Assembly (NCBI GenBank): GCA_963801815.1
Contig: CAWDGJ010000002.1
Location: forward strand, 384,001 to 448,000
Reading direction: 5' to 3'
Length of the DNA: 64,000 nt
From: an uncultured Verrucomicrobiae bacterium
GTDB lineage: Bacteria > Verrucomicrobiota > Verrucomicrobiia > Chthoniobacterales > UBA10450
A program made the position numbers and the translations under genes. Below, in pieces: positions 30,359 to 39,997 of the stretch. The notes below the pieces were generated by a model, which searched no databases, was not told the origin of the DNA, and saw only the letters and a list, made by a program, of their open reading frames with translations. The number at the start of each line of letters is the position of its first letter. The stretch's first letter is position 1.

Positions 30359-31471
30359 ATGGACATCAGTTTGCTGCAAAAACCGTTGCTGCACGTTTTG
30401 GGGCACGATGTGTCGTTGCTGGGACTGATCGCGTTCGTGATTTGGTTCACTGCCGGATTGTTGATGGCGCGTGTGCTGCAAAGCGACGTCATTCGACGCC
30501 TGCTTAGCCGGCTGAAAGTCGACAGCAATCTCACCGCTATCATCACGACCATTCTCAGTCTGGCCGTGCTTATCTTTTTCATCATCACCGCGGTCAACGC
30601 TGCGGGCATCCCCTTGTCCTGGAACGTGCCACTCCCCGGCATCGCCCTAAGTTTATTTCAAATCTTCCTGCTTATCGCCCTGCTGATCGCGGTGTTCTGG
30701 CTCTCGTCCCGGACCAAGCGTTTTCTCTTCCACCGCTTTCTTGCTCAAAGCGGGCTCGATCGCTCGCTGCAATACGCCGTTGCCCAAATCGTCAGCAACA
30801 TCGTTCTCATTGTCGGCATTTTCATTGTTCTCGATAACGCGGGAATTCATCTCGGCGCGCTGACGGTATTTGCGGGAGCGGTCGGTGTCGGTGTCGGCTT
30901 TGGTCTGCAAAACATCGCGAGCAATTTCATCAGCGGCCTTGTTATCCTGGCGGAGCGCCCGATCACCATCGGCGACCGTGTCGAAGTCGCCGGCATCGCT
31001 GGGCAGGTGCAGCACATTCGCGCCCGAAGCACCGTCATCGTGACCAATGACAACATCACAATGATCGTTCCGAATTCGAAGTTCATCGATTCGCCGGTGA
31101 CCAACTGGACCTATGGCGATCCGCGGGTGCGTTTTCGAATTCCAGTCGGCGTGGCTTACGGAAGCGATATTGAAAAAGTTCGCGCCGCGCTGATAGCCGC
31201 CGGGAAAGAAAACCCGCATACGCTGAGCGATCCCGAACCGAGCGTCTTCCTGGACAAATTTGGAAACAACGCCATTGAATTCGAGCTGGTGGTTTGGAGC
31301 AGCGAGATGAGTTATCGGCCACGACGTTATCGGAGCGATTTGAATTTCGCGATCGAGAAGAAATTGCGCGACGCCGGAATCGAAATTCCAAACCCACAGC
31401 GCGACCTCCATATCCGCAGCGGCGTGCTGAAGGTGGAAAACGTCGCTGCGAAAGATCGAGATGGACGTTGA
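30359..31471 (+). CDS. mscS: Small-conductance mechanosensitive channel family protein
   Basis: GVGVGFGLQNIASNFISG; RPITIGD; VPNS; NWT; VGVAYGSD; IPNPQRD. Confidence 0.92.
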   Translation: MDISLLQKPLLHVLGHDVSLLGLIAFVIWFTAGLLMARVLQSDVIRRLLSRLKVDSNLTAIITTILSLAVLIFFIITAVNAAGIPLSWNVPLPGIALSLFQIFLLIALLIAVFWLSSRTKRFLFHRFLAQSGLDRSLQYAVAQIVSNIVLIVGIFIVLDNAGIHLGALTVFAGAVGVGVGFGLQNIASNFISGLVILAERPITIGDRVEVAGIAGQVQHIRARSTVIVTNDNITMIVPNSKFIDSPVTNWTYGDPRVRFRIPVGVAYGSDIEKVRAALIAAGKENPHTLSDPEPSVFLDKFGNNAIEFELVVWSSEMSYRPRRYRSDLNFAIEKKLRDAGIEIPNPQRDLHIRSGVLKVENVAAKDRDGR

Positions 31472-32630
31472 GCTGGCGGTTCCGCTGTCGGACGGTATCG
31501 CCAAAATTGTCCGAGTTGACGCGGTGCAAGGCAACGAGTTCTGGGTGCGCGCTTTCTCCGGCAAATCCAAGGACCATCGCTATTACGAGCTGATCGAACG
31601 GGCCCTGGCGAACCAGTTCGAGCACTACTACGTGGTGCTCGAAGATCATTCCGGCAACGTCCGCGCCGTTCAGCCGATTTTCTTCGTCCAACAAAATCTG
31701 GTGGAGGGCGTGCCGGGGAAAATCCGCGCGGTTGTCGATCTTATCCGCAGAAAATTTCCGCGCTTTCTCACGATGCGCGTTTTGATGGTTGGCTGCGCCG
31801 CGGGGGAGGGTCATTTGGGCGCGATCGATCCAGAAGACGAAGCCTGGCTCGCAAAGACGCTTCCCAAAGTTCTTCGATTGTTCGCCAAGCAAAAACGAGC
31901 GTCACTGGTCGTCTGGAAAGATTTTCCCGCGAAATACCGCCCGGCGCTGGCTTCGCTTGTCGAAAACGCCTTCGTCCGTGTGCCGAGTATGCCGATGACG
32001 CGATTACATATCGGCTACACGAGTTTCGACGATTACCTTGGACAAATCGGTTACGTATCGCGCAAGAGCTTGCGGCGAAAATTTCGAAAAACGGAGAATG
32101 CGGTGAAGATCGAAATGGAGGTTGTGACCGATGTCACCCCTTGCATCGATGAGATTTACCCACTGTATCTACAGGTCCACGAGCGCTCACCGATGAAATT
32201 TGAAGTGCTAACCAAAGAGTTCTTTACCGAGATCGGCCGAACAATGCCGGAGAGGGCGCGCTTTTTCATCTGGCGACAATCCGGGAAAATCATTGCGTTC
32301 AGCCTCTGCCTCGTTTCAGGAGATACGATTCACGATGAATGCCTCGGCTTGGATTACGAAGTGGCTTTCGAACTCTATCTTTATTTCTACACCCTCCGCG
32401 ATGTGATTAGCTGGTCGATGACTCAGGGGCTTCGTTATTATTCAAGCGGCCCCCTCAATTACGATCCCAAGTTGCATCTCGGCCACGAACTCGCCCCACT
32501 CGATCTTTACGTGATGCACACGAAACCATTGTTGAATCCAATTTTCCAATTCGCGGTGAAATATCTCGAACCGACCCGGCATGATCCGATCTTGAAGAAA
32601 TTTTCAAACGCCGCAGAACTCACCGCGTAA
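31461..32630 (+). CDS. FemAB-like tandem GNAT (aminoacyl/acyl transferase) protein
   Basis: SFDDYL...RKSLRRK; IYPLYLQVH..S..KFE.LT.EFF; GLDY..A.ELYLYF; G..NYDPK..LG. Confidence 0.75.
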   Translation: MDVELAVPLSDGIAKIVRVDAVQGNEFWVRAFSGKSKDHRYYELIERALANQFEHYYVVLEDHSGNVRAVQPIFFVQQNLVEGVPGKIRAVVDLIRRKFPRFLTMRVLMVGCAAGEGHLGAIDPEDEAWLAKTLPKVLRLFAKQKRASLVVWKDFPAKYRPALASLVENAFVRVPSMPMTRLHIGYTSFDDYLGQIGYVSRKSLRRKFRKTENAVKIEMEVVTDVTPCIDEIYPLYLQVHERSPMKFEVLTKEFFTEIGRTMPERARFFIWRQSGKIIAFSLCLVSGDTIHDECLGLDYEVAFELYLYFYTLRDVISWSMTQGLRYYSSGPLNYDPKLHLGHELAPLDLYVMHTKPLLNPIFQFAVKYLEPTRHDPILKKFSNAAELTA

Positions 32631-32640
32631 AGCCGACATC

Positions 32641-33045
32641 ATGTCTGATCAACCTACCGGTTTTCGTAATCCCTGGTTTCAGTTCGTGCTGAACATCATT
32701 GGCGTTGTCGTTTACGAATTGCTGTTGAAAGCCGGTGCTTCGGCCACTGCCGATCCGACAAGAAGCTGGTCGTGGCTGGGGATAACGGCTCTCCAGTCAC
32801 CGCTTACCTGGGTCGCCATTGGTGTAATCATCGTTGATCTCGTGATCTGGCTTTACATTCTGAGGTACATTCCGCTGTCGATCGCGTTTCCGTTGTCGCG
32901 AACCGTTGACGTGCTGGTGCCGATCAGCTGCTGGCTCATTCTCAGAGAGACAATCTCACCGATGCGATGGTGTGGCATCGCCCTTGTAATCATTGGGCTG
33001 GTCATCGTCGCCAAACCAGCGGCTGAATTGGAGGAACGCCTGTGA
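32641..33045 (+). CDS. EamA/SMR-like 4-TM transporter (ArnE/ArnF-like)
   Basis: W..ILR.IPLSIAFPL; LRE.IS..RW.GI.L. Confidence 0.8.
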   Translation: MSDQPTGFRNPWFQFVLNIIGVVVYELLLKAGASATADPTRSWSWLGITALQSPLTWVAIGVIIVDLVIWLYILRYIPLSIAFPLSRTVDVLVPISCWLILRETISPMRWCGIALVIIGLVIVAKPAAELEERL

Positions 33046-33386
33046 CGCCGGTGGCCCTCATCATTATTTTGATCTGGCTGGCCACCTTCGTCGCGGGACA
33101 GCTTCTTTTTAAGCGGGCGATGGAATTGTCGAGAGCGGTCGGATTCAAGAACCGCCGGACCATTTCAGTTCTGGGCATCGGGATCCTGGTGATGACGGTT
33201 TCGTTTTGTCTAAACCTCGGTTTGCTTCAGCATTTCGATCTCAGCTATCTTTATCCGTTCCAGGGCTCGAGTATCATCATCATCACCTTGCTGGCGGCGA
33301 TCGTTTTGAAGGAACGATTAACGTCCCGATTAGTTTTGGGCACATTGTTGATTGCTGCCGGCGTGGTGCTCGTTTCACTGAGCTAG
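33042..33386 (+). CDS. EamA/SMR-like 4-TM transporter (partner subunit)
   Basis: GQLLFK; DLSYLYPF; LKE.LT..L.LG..LI..GV; GTGA overlap with the upstream gene. Confidence 0.8.
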   Translation: MTPVALIIILIWLATFVAGQLLFKRAMELSRAVGFKNRRTISVLGIGILVMTVSFCLNLGLLQHFDLSYLYPFQGSSIIIITLLAAIVLKERLTSRLVLGTLLIAAGVVLVSLS

Positions 33387-34214
33387 CGCCGGCCACAAGC
33401 GCGCAAGGGTGGCGAAGTTGATCCTTCTGATTTCCGCGGCCGGCGGCAGCTCGAGCTTTGGATGATCCCAATTCGAGGCGAACTTTTGCTTCCAACGCGC
33501 GTATTTCGGTTCCGAGAACCCGCCACAGATGTCGCCGGCGACGATTTGATTCTGTTCGCGCAACTTTGCCAGCGCCCATTCAATATCGTCGACCATAAAT
33601 CGACCGTTCTCCCAATTCGTAACGATCTGGTCAGCGGCAAGACAATCGAGATCAATCGTAACGTAAACATTCATACCGCGAAATCCCGCGGCGAACTTTT
33701 CAAAGTGCTCGCACCAGTTCTCACGCAGGATCGCGCCGGGACGTTGTCGATCTTGCGGCGGTCGATCATCAGCCCAGGGATGGACTTCAAGTTTGCCGGC
33801 GCGTTGCGCGGAACGGTTGGCAAAGATGTTGTGCGGCCACCAGCATTCGAAATTCCCGCAACCCCAGATTGCAATATGCCGCAGCCGGTCAAGTTCGAGC
33901 GCGCGATTGATCCAGCCGCCGCACGCCCATCTGGGCGGGCGAATGTCCCAATCAGGATGATTATCAAACGAAACCAGAACAAAGGGTTTTGTGACGCGGC
34001 GAAGCCAAAGCGCGGTCAGATAATGAAAGTCGCCCGAGCCATAAAGCGTGAATGGCATCACGCGCGCTGAGAATTCGCGATAAAACCCCTCGACCACCCG
34101 TGGTGGCGCGCAGAAACGCAATCGCGGTCCCCATTCCCGCGCGTCGACGGTCGCTAGCTGCAACGGCTCATCTCGCCAGGCGTCGTCGAGATTGAGATGA
34201 AGTGCGCCGCTCAG
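33375..34214 (-). CDS. Arginase/ureohydrolase-fold protein
   Basis: YGSGDFHY; FDNHPD; CGGW; YVTIDLDCL; TNWENG; GDICG. Frame is open back to CTG at 34214 (LHLNLDDAW). Confidence 0.75.
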   Translation of the reverse strand: MSGALHLNLDDAWRDEPLQLATVDAREWGPRLRFCAPPRVVEGFYREFSARVMPFTLYGSGDFHYLTALWLRRVTKPFVLVSFDNHPDWDIRPPRWACGGWINRALELDRLRHIAIWGCGNFECWWPHNIFANRSAQRAGKLEVHPWADDRPPQDRQRPGAILRENWCEHFEKFAAGFRGMNVYVTIDLDCLAADQIVTNWENGRFMVDDIEWALAKLREQNQIVAGDICGGFSEPKYARWKQKFASNWDHPKLELPPAAEIRRINFATLARLWPALAQ

Positions 34215-34220
34215 AGAGAA

Positions 34221-36164
34221 TTATTTCTGCGGATGGGATTTGAACCGGTTGTCGCTTTGTTTCGCGACGCGGAGATTTTCAGCGACCTCGGTCAGACTGG
34301 GATCGAGGCGCAACGCCTCTTCGTACTCCAGGATTGCCTGGGACGTTTGTCCTTGCTGCAAAAGCAGAGTGCCGAGATTGCTATGAACGTCCGCGCGTTT
34401 GGGGTCGAGCCGGAGTGCTTCCATAAAATGCATTTCCGCGCGCTTGAAATCGCCTTTGCTCAAGAATGCAGTGGCCAGCTCGGATTGGGCATCGACCATT
34501 TTAGGATCGACATCTAGCGCTCGCTCGTATTGCGCAATCGCGGCATCGAGCTCTCCTCGCTTGTCCAGAAACATCGCGTAGGCATAAATCGGCATTGCCG
34601 ATTTTGAACTTAATCGAATTGCAGCCTCGTATTCGGTGCGCGCATTCTCCGGCTGGCCGAGACGCTCCAGAAGATAGGCGTAAGCGGAATGAGTTTCGGC
34701 GGTGTTCGGATCTAGCTGGATCGCCCTTTCGTAATTTTTTTGGGCGTCATCCAGCTTCGACTTGGACAGATAGAGTTGGGCGCGGTTTATGTAAACTTTT
34801 GCGTAGTCAGGGTCGAATTGCAGCGCGATTTGGTATTCTTTCTCCGCTTCGTCGAGACGGCCAGCCTTTTGCAGCACTGTGCCGTAGTTGAAATGGGCCC
34901 GCGCACTCGATGGCAGATCAGAAACTACATAACTGTTCTGTTCGATTTCCGGGGCCGCGCGATAAACTTTACCAAACCACATCGCGGCGAGCGGCAATAC
35001 AAAGGCGACCGCCCATTTTGCCCCATGTGCCGCCCAACTCGGAACAAGACCGCCGAGGCTTATGTCCGCAGTGCCGCCCGCGAGTCCGAGCGATTGACGC
35101 GTCGACTTTTCGCGAACTTTCCAAATGAAACCGTCGTAATAAAAATGGAGCAGGCCGGACGCCGCAACGAGGCCGGTCAGCAGGCGCGTCAGCGTTTCCA
35201 TTCCAATGTGCGAATTTAAATAACCGATCGAGCCGTAGGCAAAAACCAATCCGACATACAGCCCAATCAACGCGCCGCTACGGCGGAAAATGAAGCGCAT
35301 AAACCCGCCAATCGAGCTGTCCTTTTCGACGCGGTTGCGATTGTAAATCCAAACCAGCGACAGGTACTGGACGTCGTGAAAAACTTCGAACAAGGCGATA
35401 CCAGCGAGAATATTCGCCACGCCGTTATTGCAATACCACCAAAACGCGACGCTGGTTGCGAAAAGCGCGAGCTTTACAGGGTTTTGCCGCGTTCCCGACG
35501 TCCACATCCAAACGTAATTTCCGAGCCAGATGATCGAAATCGCGATCGCCCCGAAAAGAAATGTTTGCTGCAGCGCATGAACGCCGACCGGCGGGATAAA
35601 TGGCAAGCCACATCCGTAAAAGCCCTCGAGCGTATCGGTCATTCTTGCCGGCGAAAGAATCACGCCTGCCGCAAACCAGATTCCGCAGGTTGCGAAATCC
35701 AGTCGCCGCGTTAGCACCGCAAAAGAACCCATCTTCGCGTCGTAGATGCGACCGAAGCCGTAGGTCTGCATCATTCCGTGCCAGATCCCCCACAAGAAGA
35801 CGATCATCACGACGGGATTCGTCTTGATGTCCCAAAAATAAAAACCGATACAGACCGCCAGCAAAAAGACCGGAGCGATGATGAAACGCCATTTGAATCG
35901 CTCGAACAAGGCGCGGTCGCCATAGGCTCGAATCATTCCAGGCAAGTGATGTCCCATTGCGCCAAACGCGGCGACGAACAGATAAATTTCCTGCGCGCTC
36001 CACCGTGCTTGCGCGGCCATGAAAAGCGGGACGATGAGCAGCGGGGTCCCGACGTAGAGGATCAGGTCGCGCCAGCTGTCGAGGATCCACGGATTACGCT
36101 TCGGTACTATAGCCCGTACCGGCGGAACGGTTTCAGGGCGCGAGAATGCGGTGACATGCTGCAT
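34221..36164 (-). CDS. Polytopic membrane protein fused to C-terminal TPR repeats
   Basis: About 9-10 hydrophobic helices with His motifs, followed by about 6 TPRs (AHFNYG..L...G..DEA...YQ.AL..DP). Start uncertain (ORF opens at 36233). Confidence 0.85.
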   Translation of the reverse strand: MQHVTAFSRPETVPPVRAIVPKRNPWILDSWRDLILYVGTPLLIVPLFMAAQARWSAQEIYLFVAAFGAMGHHLPGMIRAYGDRALFERFKWRFIIAPVFLLAVCIGFYFWDIKTNPVVMIVFLWGIWHGMMQTYGFGRIYDAKMGSFAVLTRRLDFATCGIWFAAGVILSPARMTDTLEGFYGCGLPFIPPVGVHALQQTFLFGAIAISIIWLGNYVWMWTSGTRQNPVKLALFATSVAFWWYCNNGVANILAGIALFEVFHDVQYLSLVWIYNRNRVEKDSSIGGFMRFIFRRSGALIGLYVGLVFAYGSIGYLNSHIGMETLTRLLTGLVAASGLLHFYYDGFIWKVREKSTRQSLGLAGGTADISLGGLVPSWAAHGAKWAVAFVLPLAAMWFGKVYRAAPEIEQNSYVVSDLPSSARAHFNYGTVLQKAGRLDEAEKEYQIALQFDPDYAKVYINRAQLYLSKSKLDDAQKNYERAIQLDPNTAETHSAYAYLLERLGQPENARTEYEAAIRLSSKSAMPIYAYAMFLDKRGELDAAIAQYERALDVDPKMVDAQSELATAFLSKGDFKRAEMHFMEALRLDPKRADVHSNLGTLLLQQGQTSQAILEYEEALRLDPSLTEVAENLRVAKQSDNRFKSHPQK

Positions 36165-36301
36165 GGCCGTGGCGGGGTCTATTTTCCTCAAACTGTCGAG
36201 AAAATCAATCCCGGGACGATTCCGACTTGGCAAAAGGCAAGATCGTCGTCATCTCCCATGCGCGCGATTTTGCCCGGCAACGCGAAGATAGAGTGAGAAT
36301 A

Positions 36302-36778
36302 ATGAGTCGAACACAACCTGTGGAACTAAAAGAGCACGAAAAGGAGCGCGATTTATTTTGCGTAGTCAGTGATGCGTTCCGAATCTTCGCCCGCCGCTCG
36401 TCGCTTATTCTTGGCAGCGCCTGGGCTTTTGCGGCCGCGATTCTGATCATCGCCGTCTGGGCGGTGACCGGCCCGATGTTTAACTTTTCGGACACCTGGC
36501 AGCTGATCATCAATACCGGAACCACCATCGTCACGTTCCTGATGGTGTTTCTGATTCAGAACACCCAGAACCGCGATTCCAAGGCGATGCATTTGAAGCT
36601 CGATGAAATTATTCGCGCGTTACAGAAAGCGCGGAACGAGTTGGTGGATCTGGAAGACCTTTCCGATGAAGAATTGGACAAGCTGGAAAATCAATTCAGG
36701 CGTTTGCGCACGAAAGCGGAGAACCAGGGCACGAATATGCGCCACGTCGAGCCTGAAACCGTCGAACCCAATCGTTAA
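36302..36778 (+). CDS. Low-affinity iron permease (Fet4-like) family protein
   Basis: FSDTWQLIINTGTTIVTFLMVFLIQNTQNRD..A.HLKLDE. Confidence 0.9.
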   Translation: MSRTQPVELKEHEKERDLFCVVSDAFRIFARRSSLILGSAWAFAAAILIIAVWAVTGPMFNFSDTWQLIINTGTTIVTFLMVFLIQNTQNRDSKAMHLKLDEIIRALQKARNELVDLEDLSDEELDKLENQFRRLRTKAENQGTNMRHVEPETVEPNR

Positions 36779-36779
36779 C

Positions 36780-37451
36780 TCAACTCTCGTTCGGTTTTTG
36801 GGCGACACCGGTCCGCAAGAAACCTTTTCCGCTTGGACAAAGTTTAAAAACCTCGCACTTCGCGCAATCTGGTTTGCGCGCAAAACAACGCCGCCGGCCG
36901 TGCCAGATCAACCAGTGACTCCATTCGGTCCAGTGTTCTTTCGGTACGAGCTTCATCAGGTCCTGCTCGATTTTCTCCGGGTCCTTGTGCTTGGTTAGAC
37001 CGAGTCGTTGCGACAAACGGATCACGTGGGTGTCGACCACGATTCCCTCATTCATCCCGAACGCGTTTCCCAGGACCACGTTGGCCGTTTTGCGGCCGAC
37101 GCCCGGCAGCTCGCGCAGGTGTTCCATCGAATCAGGAACTTTGCCGCCGAACTTCTTCGCGATCGTCGATGTTGCGCCCTGAATACTTCTGGTCTTGCTC
37201 CGAAAAAACCCTGTCGACTTGATCGCGTTCTCCAGTTCGGTCGCCGGCGCGTTCGCGTAATCCCTGGCCATCCGATATTTTTTGAACAACGCTGGCGTAA
37301 CCAGGTTCACGCGCTTATCGGTGCATTGCGCCGAGAGTATTGTGGCGACCAATAACTCGAGCGGCGTTTTGAAATTTAGCTCCGTGTGCGCGTTTGGATA
37401 AACCCTCGGCCAAACTTTGATCAACTTCGCAACCCGCTCGCGAGGAGTCAT
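36780..37451 (-). CDS. nth: Endonuclease III
   Basis: LLVATILSAQCTD; LPGVGRKTANVV; VDTHV; C-terminal C-x6-C-x2-C-x5-C. Confidence 0.96.
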   Translation of the reverse strand: MTPRERVAKLIKVWPRVYPNAHTELNFKTPLELLVATILSAQCTDKRVNLVTPALFKKYRMARDYANAPATELENAIKSTGFFRSKTRSIQGATSTIAKKFGGKVPDSMEHLRELPGVGRKTANVVLGNAFGMNEGIVVDTHVIRLSQRLGLTKHKDPEKIEQDLMKLVPKEHWTEWSHWLIWHGRRRCFARKPDCAKCEVFKLCPSGKGFLRTGVAQKPNES

Positions 37452-37759
37452 CGCGGCCGAACCGATTGAACCGCCTCGCCCCATTTTTGCTTGGCGGTCT
37501 GGACTGCATGCTTGCCGCGCCGCACCGCGTAACGGGCCCAGGCAAATTCAGTCGCAAGAATCACCAGCCCAATCGGAATAACAATCGATCCCGGACCCGG
37601 CAGAAAAATAAGCGCAACGCCAAACAACACGATCGTGCAGCCGATCACACCAATAATGAGCCGGCGCAGAATTTTCGGCAGGCGGTTCAGGCCAATCGTT
37701 TCCCGAATTTTCCTGATCCATTGCACACTTCGCTCTAGCGCACGTGCGCAATGTTGCAA
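37448..37759 (-). CDS. PGPGW-type small membrane protein
   Basis: LPGPGSIVIPIGLVILATEFAWAR; true start is possibly GTG at 37726. Confidence 0.75.
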   Translation of the reverse strand: MQHCARALERSVQWIRKIRETIGLNRLPKILRRLIIGVIGCTIVLFGVALIFLPGPGSIVIPIGLVILATEFAWARYAVRRGKHAVQTAKQKWGEAVQSVRPR

Positions 37760-39028
37760 CTATTCGGCGAACTTCGCGAGCTTCTGACTCAGCTCCGGCG
37801 GAACGTGCGCCACGATGATCGCGTCGTTGCCTTCGTATTTTAATTCAAGCACGTGGCCGACGCGGTGGATCTCGGCGACCAACGCCGACTCGCTCGCTGG
37901 AATTTTGAAACGCGAACGCAATCGCCACGCGCTTAGCGCGTTCTGCAATGCCTGTACGAGTTTGTTTACGTTTTCGCCCGTGCGAGCCGAGATCGCCACG
38001 CTTCCCGAAAATCTTCGCAGATAAGTTTCAATCAGATCCCGATTCTGCAGATTGTCGATCTTGTTGAAAACGATCAGCGTTTGCTTTCCAAACGCGTTGA
38101 GCTCCTTGATCACGCCCTCGACCGCTTCGATCTGATCGTCCACGCGCGTGTGTGAAAGATCGACAATATGAATGAGCAGATCGGCCTCGCTCACTTCTTC
38201 GAGCGTCGCTTTGAACGATTCGATCAGGGTGTGCGGAAGTTTTCGCAAAAATCCGACCGTGTCGGTGAGAAGCACGCGCTGTTTGTTGGGCAAAACGAAA
38301 CTGCGCGTCGTCGGATCGAGCGTTGCAAAAAGTTTGTTTTCCGCGACCACGTCCGCACCAGTCAGCAGATTCAACAGGGTGGATTTGCCGGCATTCGTGT
38401 AACCAACCACCGCCGCCACTGGCCATTGATGACGTTTGCGTCCCTGCCGCTGCACTGCCCGCGTCTTGCGGACTGATTCCAACTCGCGCTCCAATCGTGC
38501 AATTCGTTCCTGCACCCGGCGCCGGTCCACTTCCAACTGCGTTTCACCTGGACCGCGAGTGCCGATTCCACCGGTTTGCCGGGACAAGTGGTGCCACATT
38601 CGGGTCAATCGCGGCAAAAGATATTGAAGTTGCGCCAGTTCAATCTGCAATCGGCCTTCGCGACTGCGCGCGCGCTGCGCGAAAATGTCGAGAATCAATT
38701 GCGTACGGTCGAGAACTTTGCGCGAAAGAAGATTTTCCAAATTGCGCCCCTGCGCGGGCGAAAGTTCGTCATCGAAAATCACGGAGGTAACTTCGCGATC
38801 TTGGAACGAATGCTTGATTGCTTCGGCTTTTCCTTTGCCGATGTAGTACGGCGCCGTCGGCCGATCCAATTTTTGCGTGATGGTATCGACAACTTCAGCG
38901 CCCGCGGAATTCGCAAGCTCGGCCAATTCTTCGAGCGAATCCTGCAAGTCCCATTTCGAGACGCCTTGCTTTTCCAGACCGATCAATAAGGCGCGCTCGT
39001 GATTTTTTTTCGGACGAGTTTCAATCAT
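37760..39028 (-). CDS. hflX: GTPase HflX
   Basis: DRTQLILDIFAQRA; GGIGTRGPGETQLE; GYTNAGKS; LFATLDPT; DTVGF; NKID. Confidence 0.97.
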   Translation of the reverse strand: MIETRPKKNHERALLIGLEKQGVSKWDLQDSLEELAELANSAGAEVVDTITQKLDRPTAPYYIGKGKAEAIKHSFQDREVTSVIFDDELSPAQGRNLENLLSRKVLDRTQLILDIFAQRARSREGRLQIELAQLQYLLPRLTRMWHHLSRQTGGIGTRGPGETQLEVDRRRVQERIARLERELESVRKTRAVQRQGRKRHQWPVAAVVGYTNAGKSTLLNLLTGADVVAENKLFATLDPTTRSFVLPNKQRVLLTDTVGFLRKLPHTLIESFKATLEEVSEADLLIHIVDLSHTRVDDQIEAVEGVIKELNAFGKQTLIVFNKIDNLQNRDLIETYLRRFSGSVAISARTGENVNKLVQALQNALSAWRLRSRFKIPASESALVAEIHRVGHVLELKYEGNDAIIVAHVPPELSQKLAKFAE

Positions 39029-39932
39029 TCCCTTGCGCTACTCCCGACGTTTTCGCGACTTGCGAAATCCGCTTTACAGCTTCGACGTGACTTAGCACCG
39101 ATAAATTCAGCGGTTGAAAATTAGTTTGTCGCCGAAACCAGGTCAACTGCCTTTTGGCGTAACGCCGCGTCGCTTGCTGAATCGCGGCCACGCATTGTTG
39201 GATCGACATCTTCCCTTCAAGCAACTCGCGAATCTCTTTGAGCCCAATCATCTTCGACGCGGTTTCACTCATCGCGCCGGCTGCGCGCACTTCTTCGATC
39301 ACACCGTTTTCAAACATCTTTTCCACGCGGTGATTGATTCGTTGGTAAAGATCCTCGCGCTCTCGAAACACGAAGATGCCTGTGGCGACAGGTGTCTCGC
39401 CTGCATCCCAATCACCGCGCTGTCCCGATGCGGGTTTTCCACTAAGCAGACAAATCTCAATCGCGCGCACAACCCGCCGACGATTTTTGAAATCAACCGC
39501 TGTTTTCGGATCGAGGCCGCACAATTTTTTCTGCAAATCGGCCAGACTGAGTTCATTCAAACGTGCACGCAGATCCGGATCTGCCGACGGCCCGACCGAA
39601 AGCCCATGGGTGAGCGCTTTGATATAAAGTCCGCTCCCACCGACAACGACTGCTAGCTTTCCGCGCGAATGAATTTCGCTGATCACCTGCAGCGCGAGTC
39701 TCCGGAATTTCTGTGCGTTCATCTCTTCTGAGATCGAGGTTGTGCAGATGAGATGATGCCGAACCTTCCTGAGCGTGGCTGGGTCCGGTTTCGCAGTCAG
39801 CAAATCGAGGCCGCGGTAAATTTGAAACGCGTCGGCGCTGACAATTTCGGCATCAATTTTCTGCGCGACATCGACCGCGAGTTCCGATTTACCGGTCGCG
39901 GTCGGACCGACAATAAAGAAAACGCCCTGCAT
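39021..39932 (-). CDS. miaA: tRNA dimethylallyltransferase
   Basis: GPTATGKS; SADAFQIYRGLD..TAKP; VGGSGLY; TRRYAKRQLTWF. Confidence 0.96.
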   Translation of the reverse strand: MQGVFFIVGPTATGKSELAVDVAQKIDAEIVSADAFQIYRGLDLLTAKPDPATLRKVRHHLICTTSISEEMNAQKFRRLALQVISEIHSRGKLAVVVGGSGLYIKALTHGLSVGPSADPDLRARLNELSLADLQKKLCGLDPKTAVDFKNRRRVVRAIEICLLSGKPASGQRGDWDAGETPVATGIFVFREREDLYQRINHRVEKMFENGVIEEVRAAGAMSETASKMIGLKEIRELLEGKMSIQQCVAAIQQATRRYAKRQLTWFRRQTNFQPLNLSVLSHVEAVKRISQVAKTSGVAQGND

Positions 39933-39977
39933 AAAAAATCGGGAGACGCACGCTTCAATCAGCGCTTCGTCTCCCGA
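39933..39977 (-). terminator. Putative Rho-independent terminator after the RRM gene
   Basis: Stem tcgggagacg (39939-39948) / cgtctcccga (39968-39977), followed on the minus strand by T6 (39938-39933). Confidence 0.6.
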
Positions 39978-39997
39978 CTAAAATCACAAAGCTGCGA

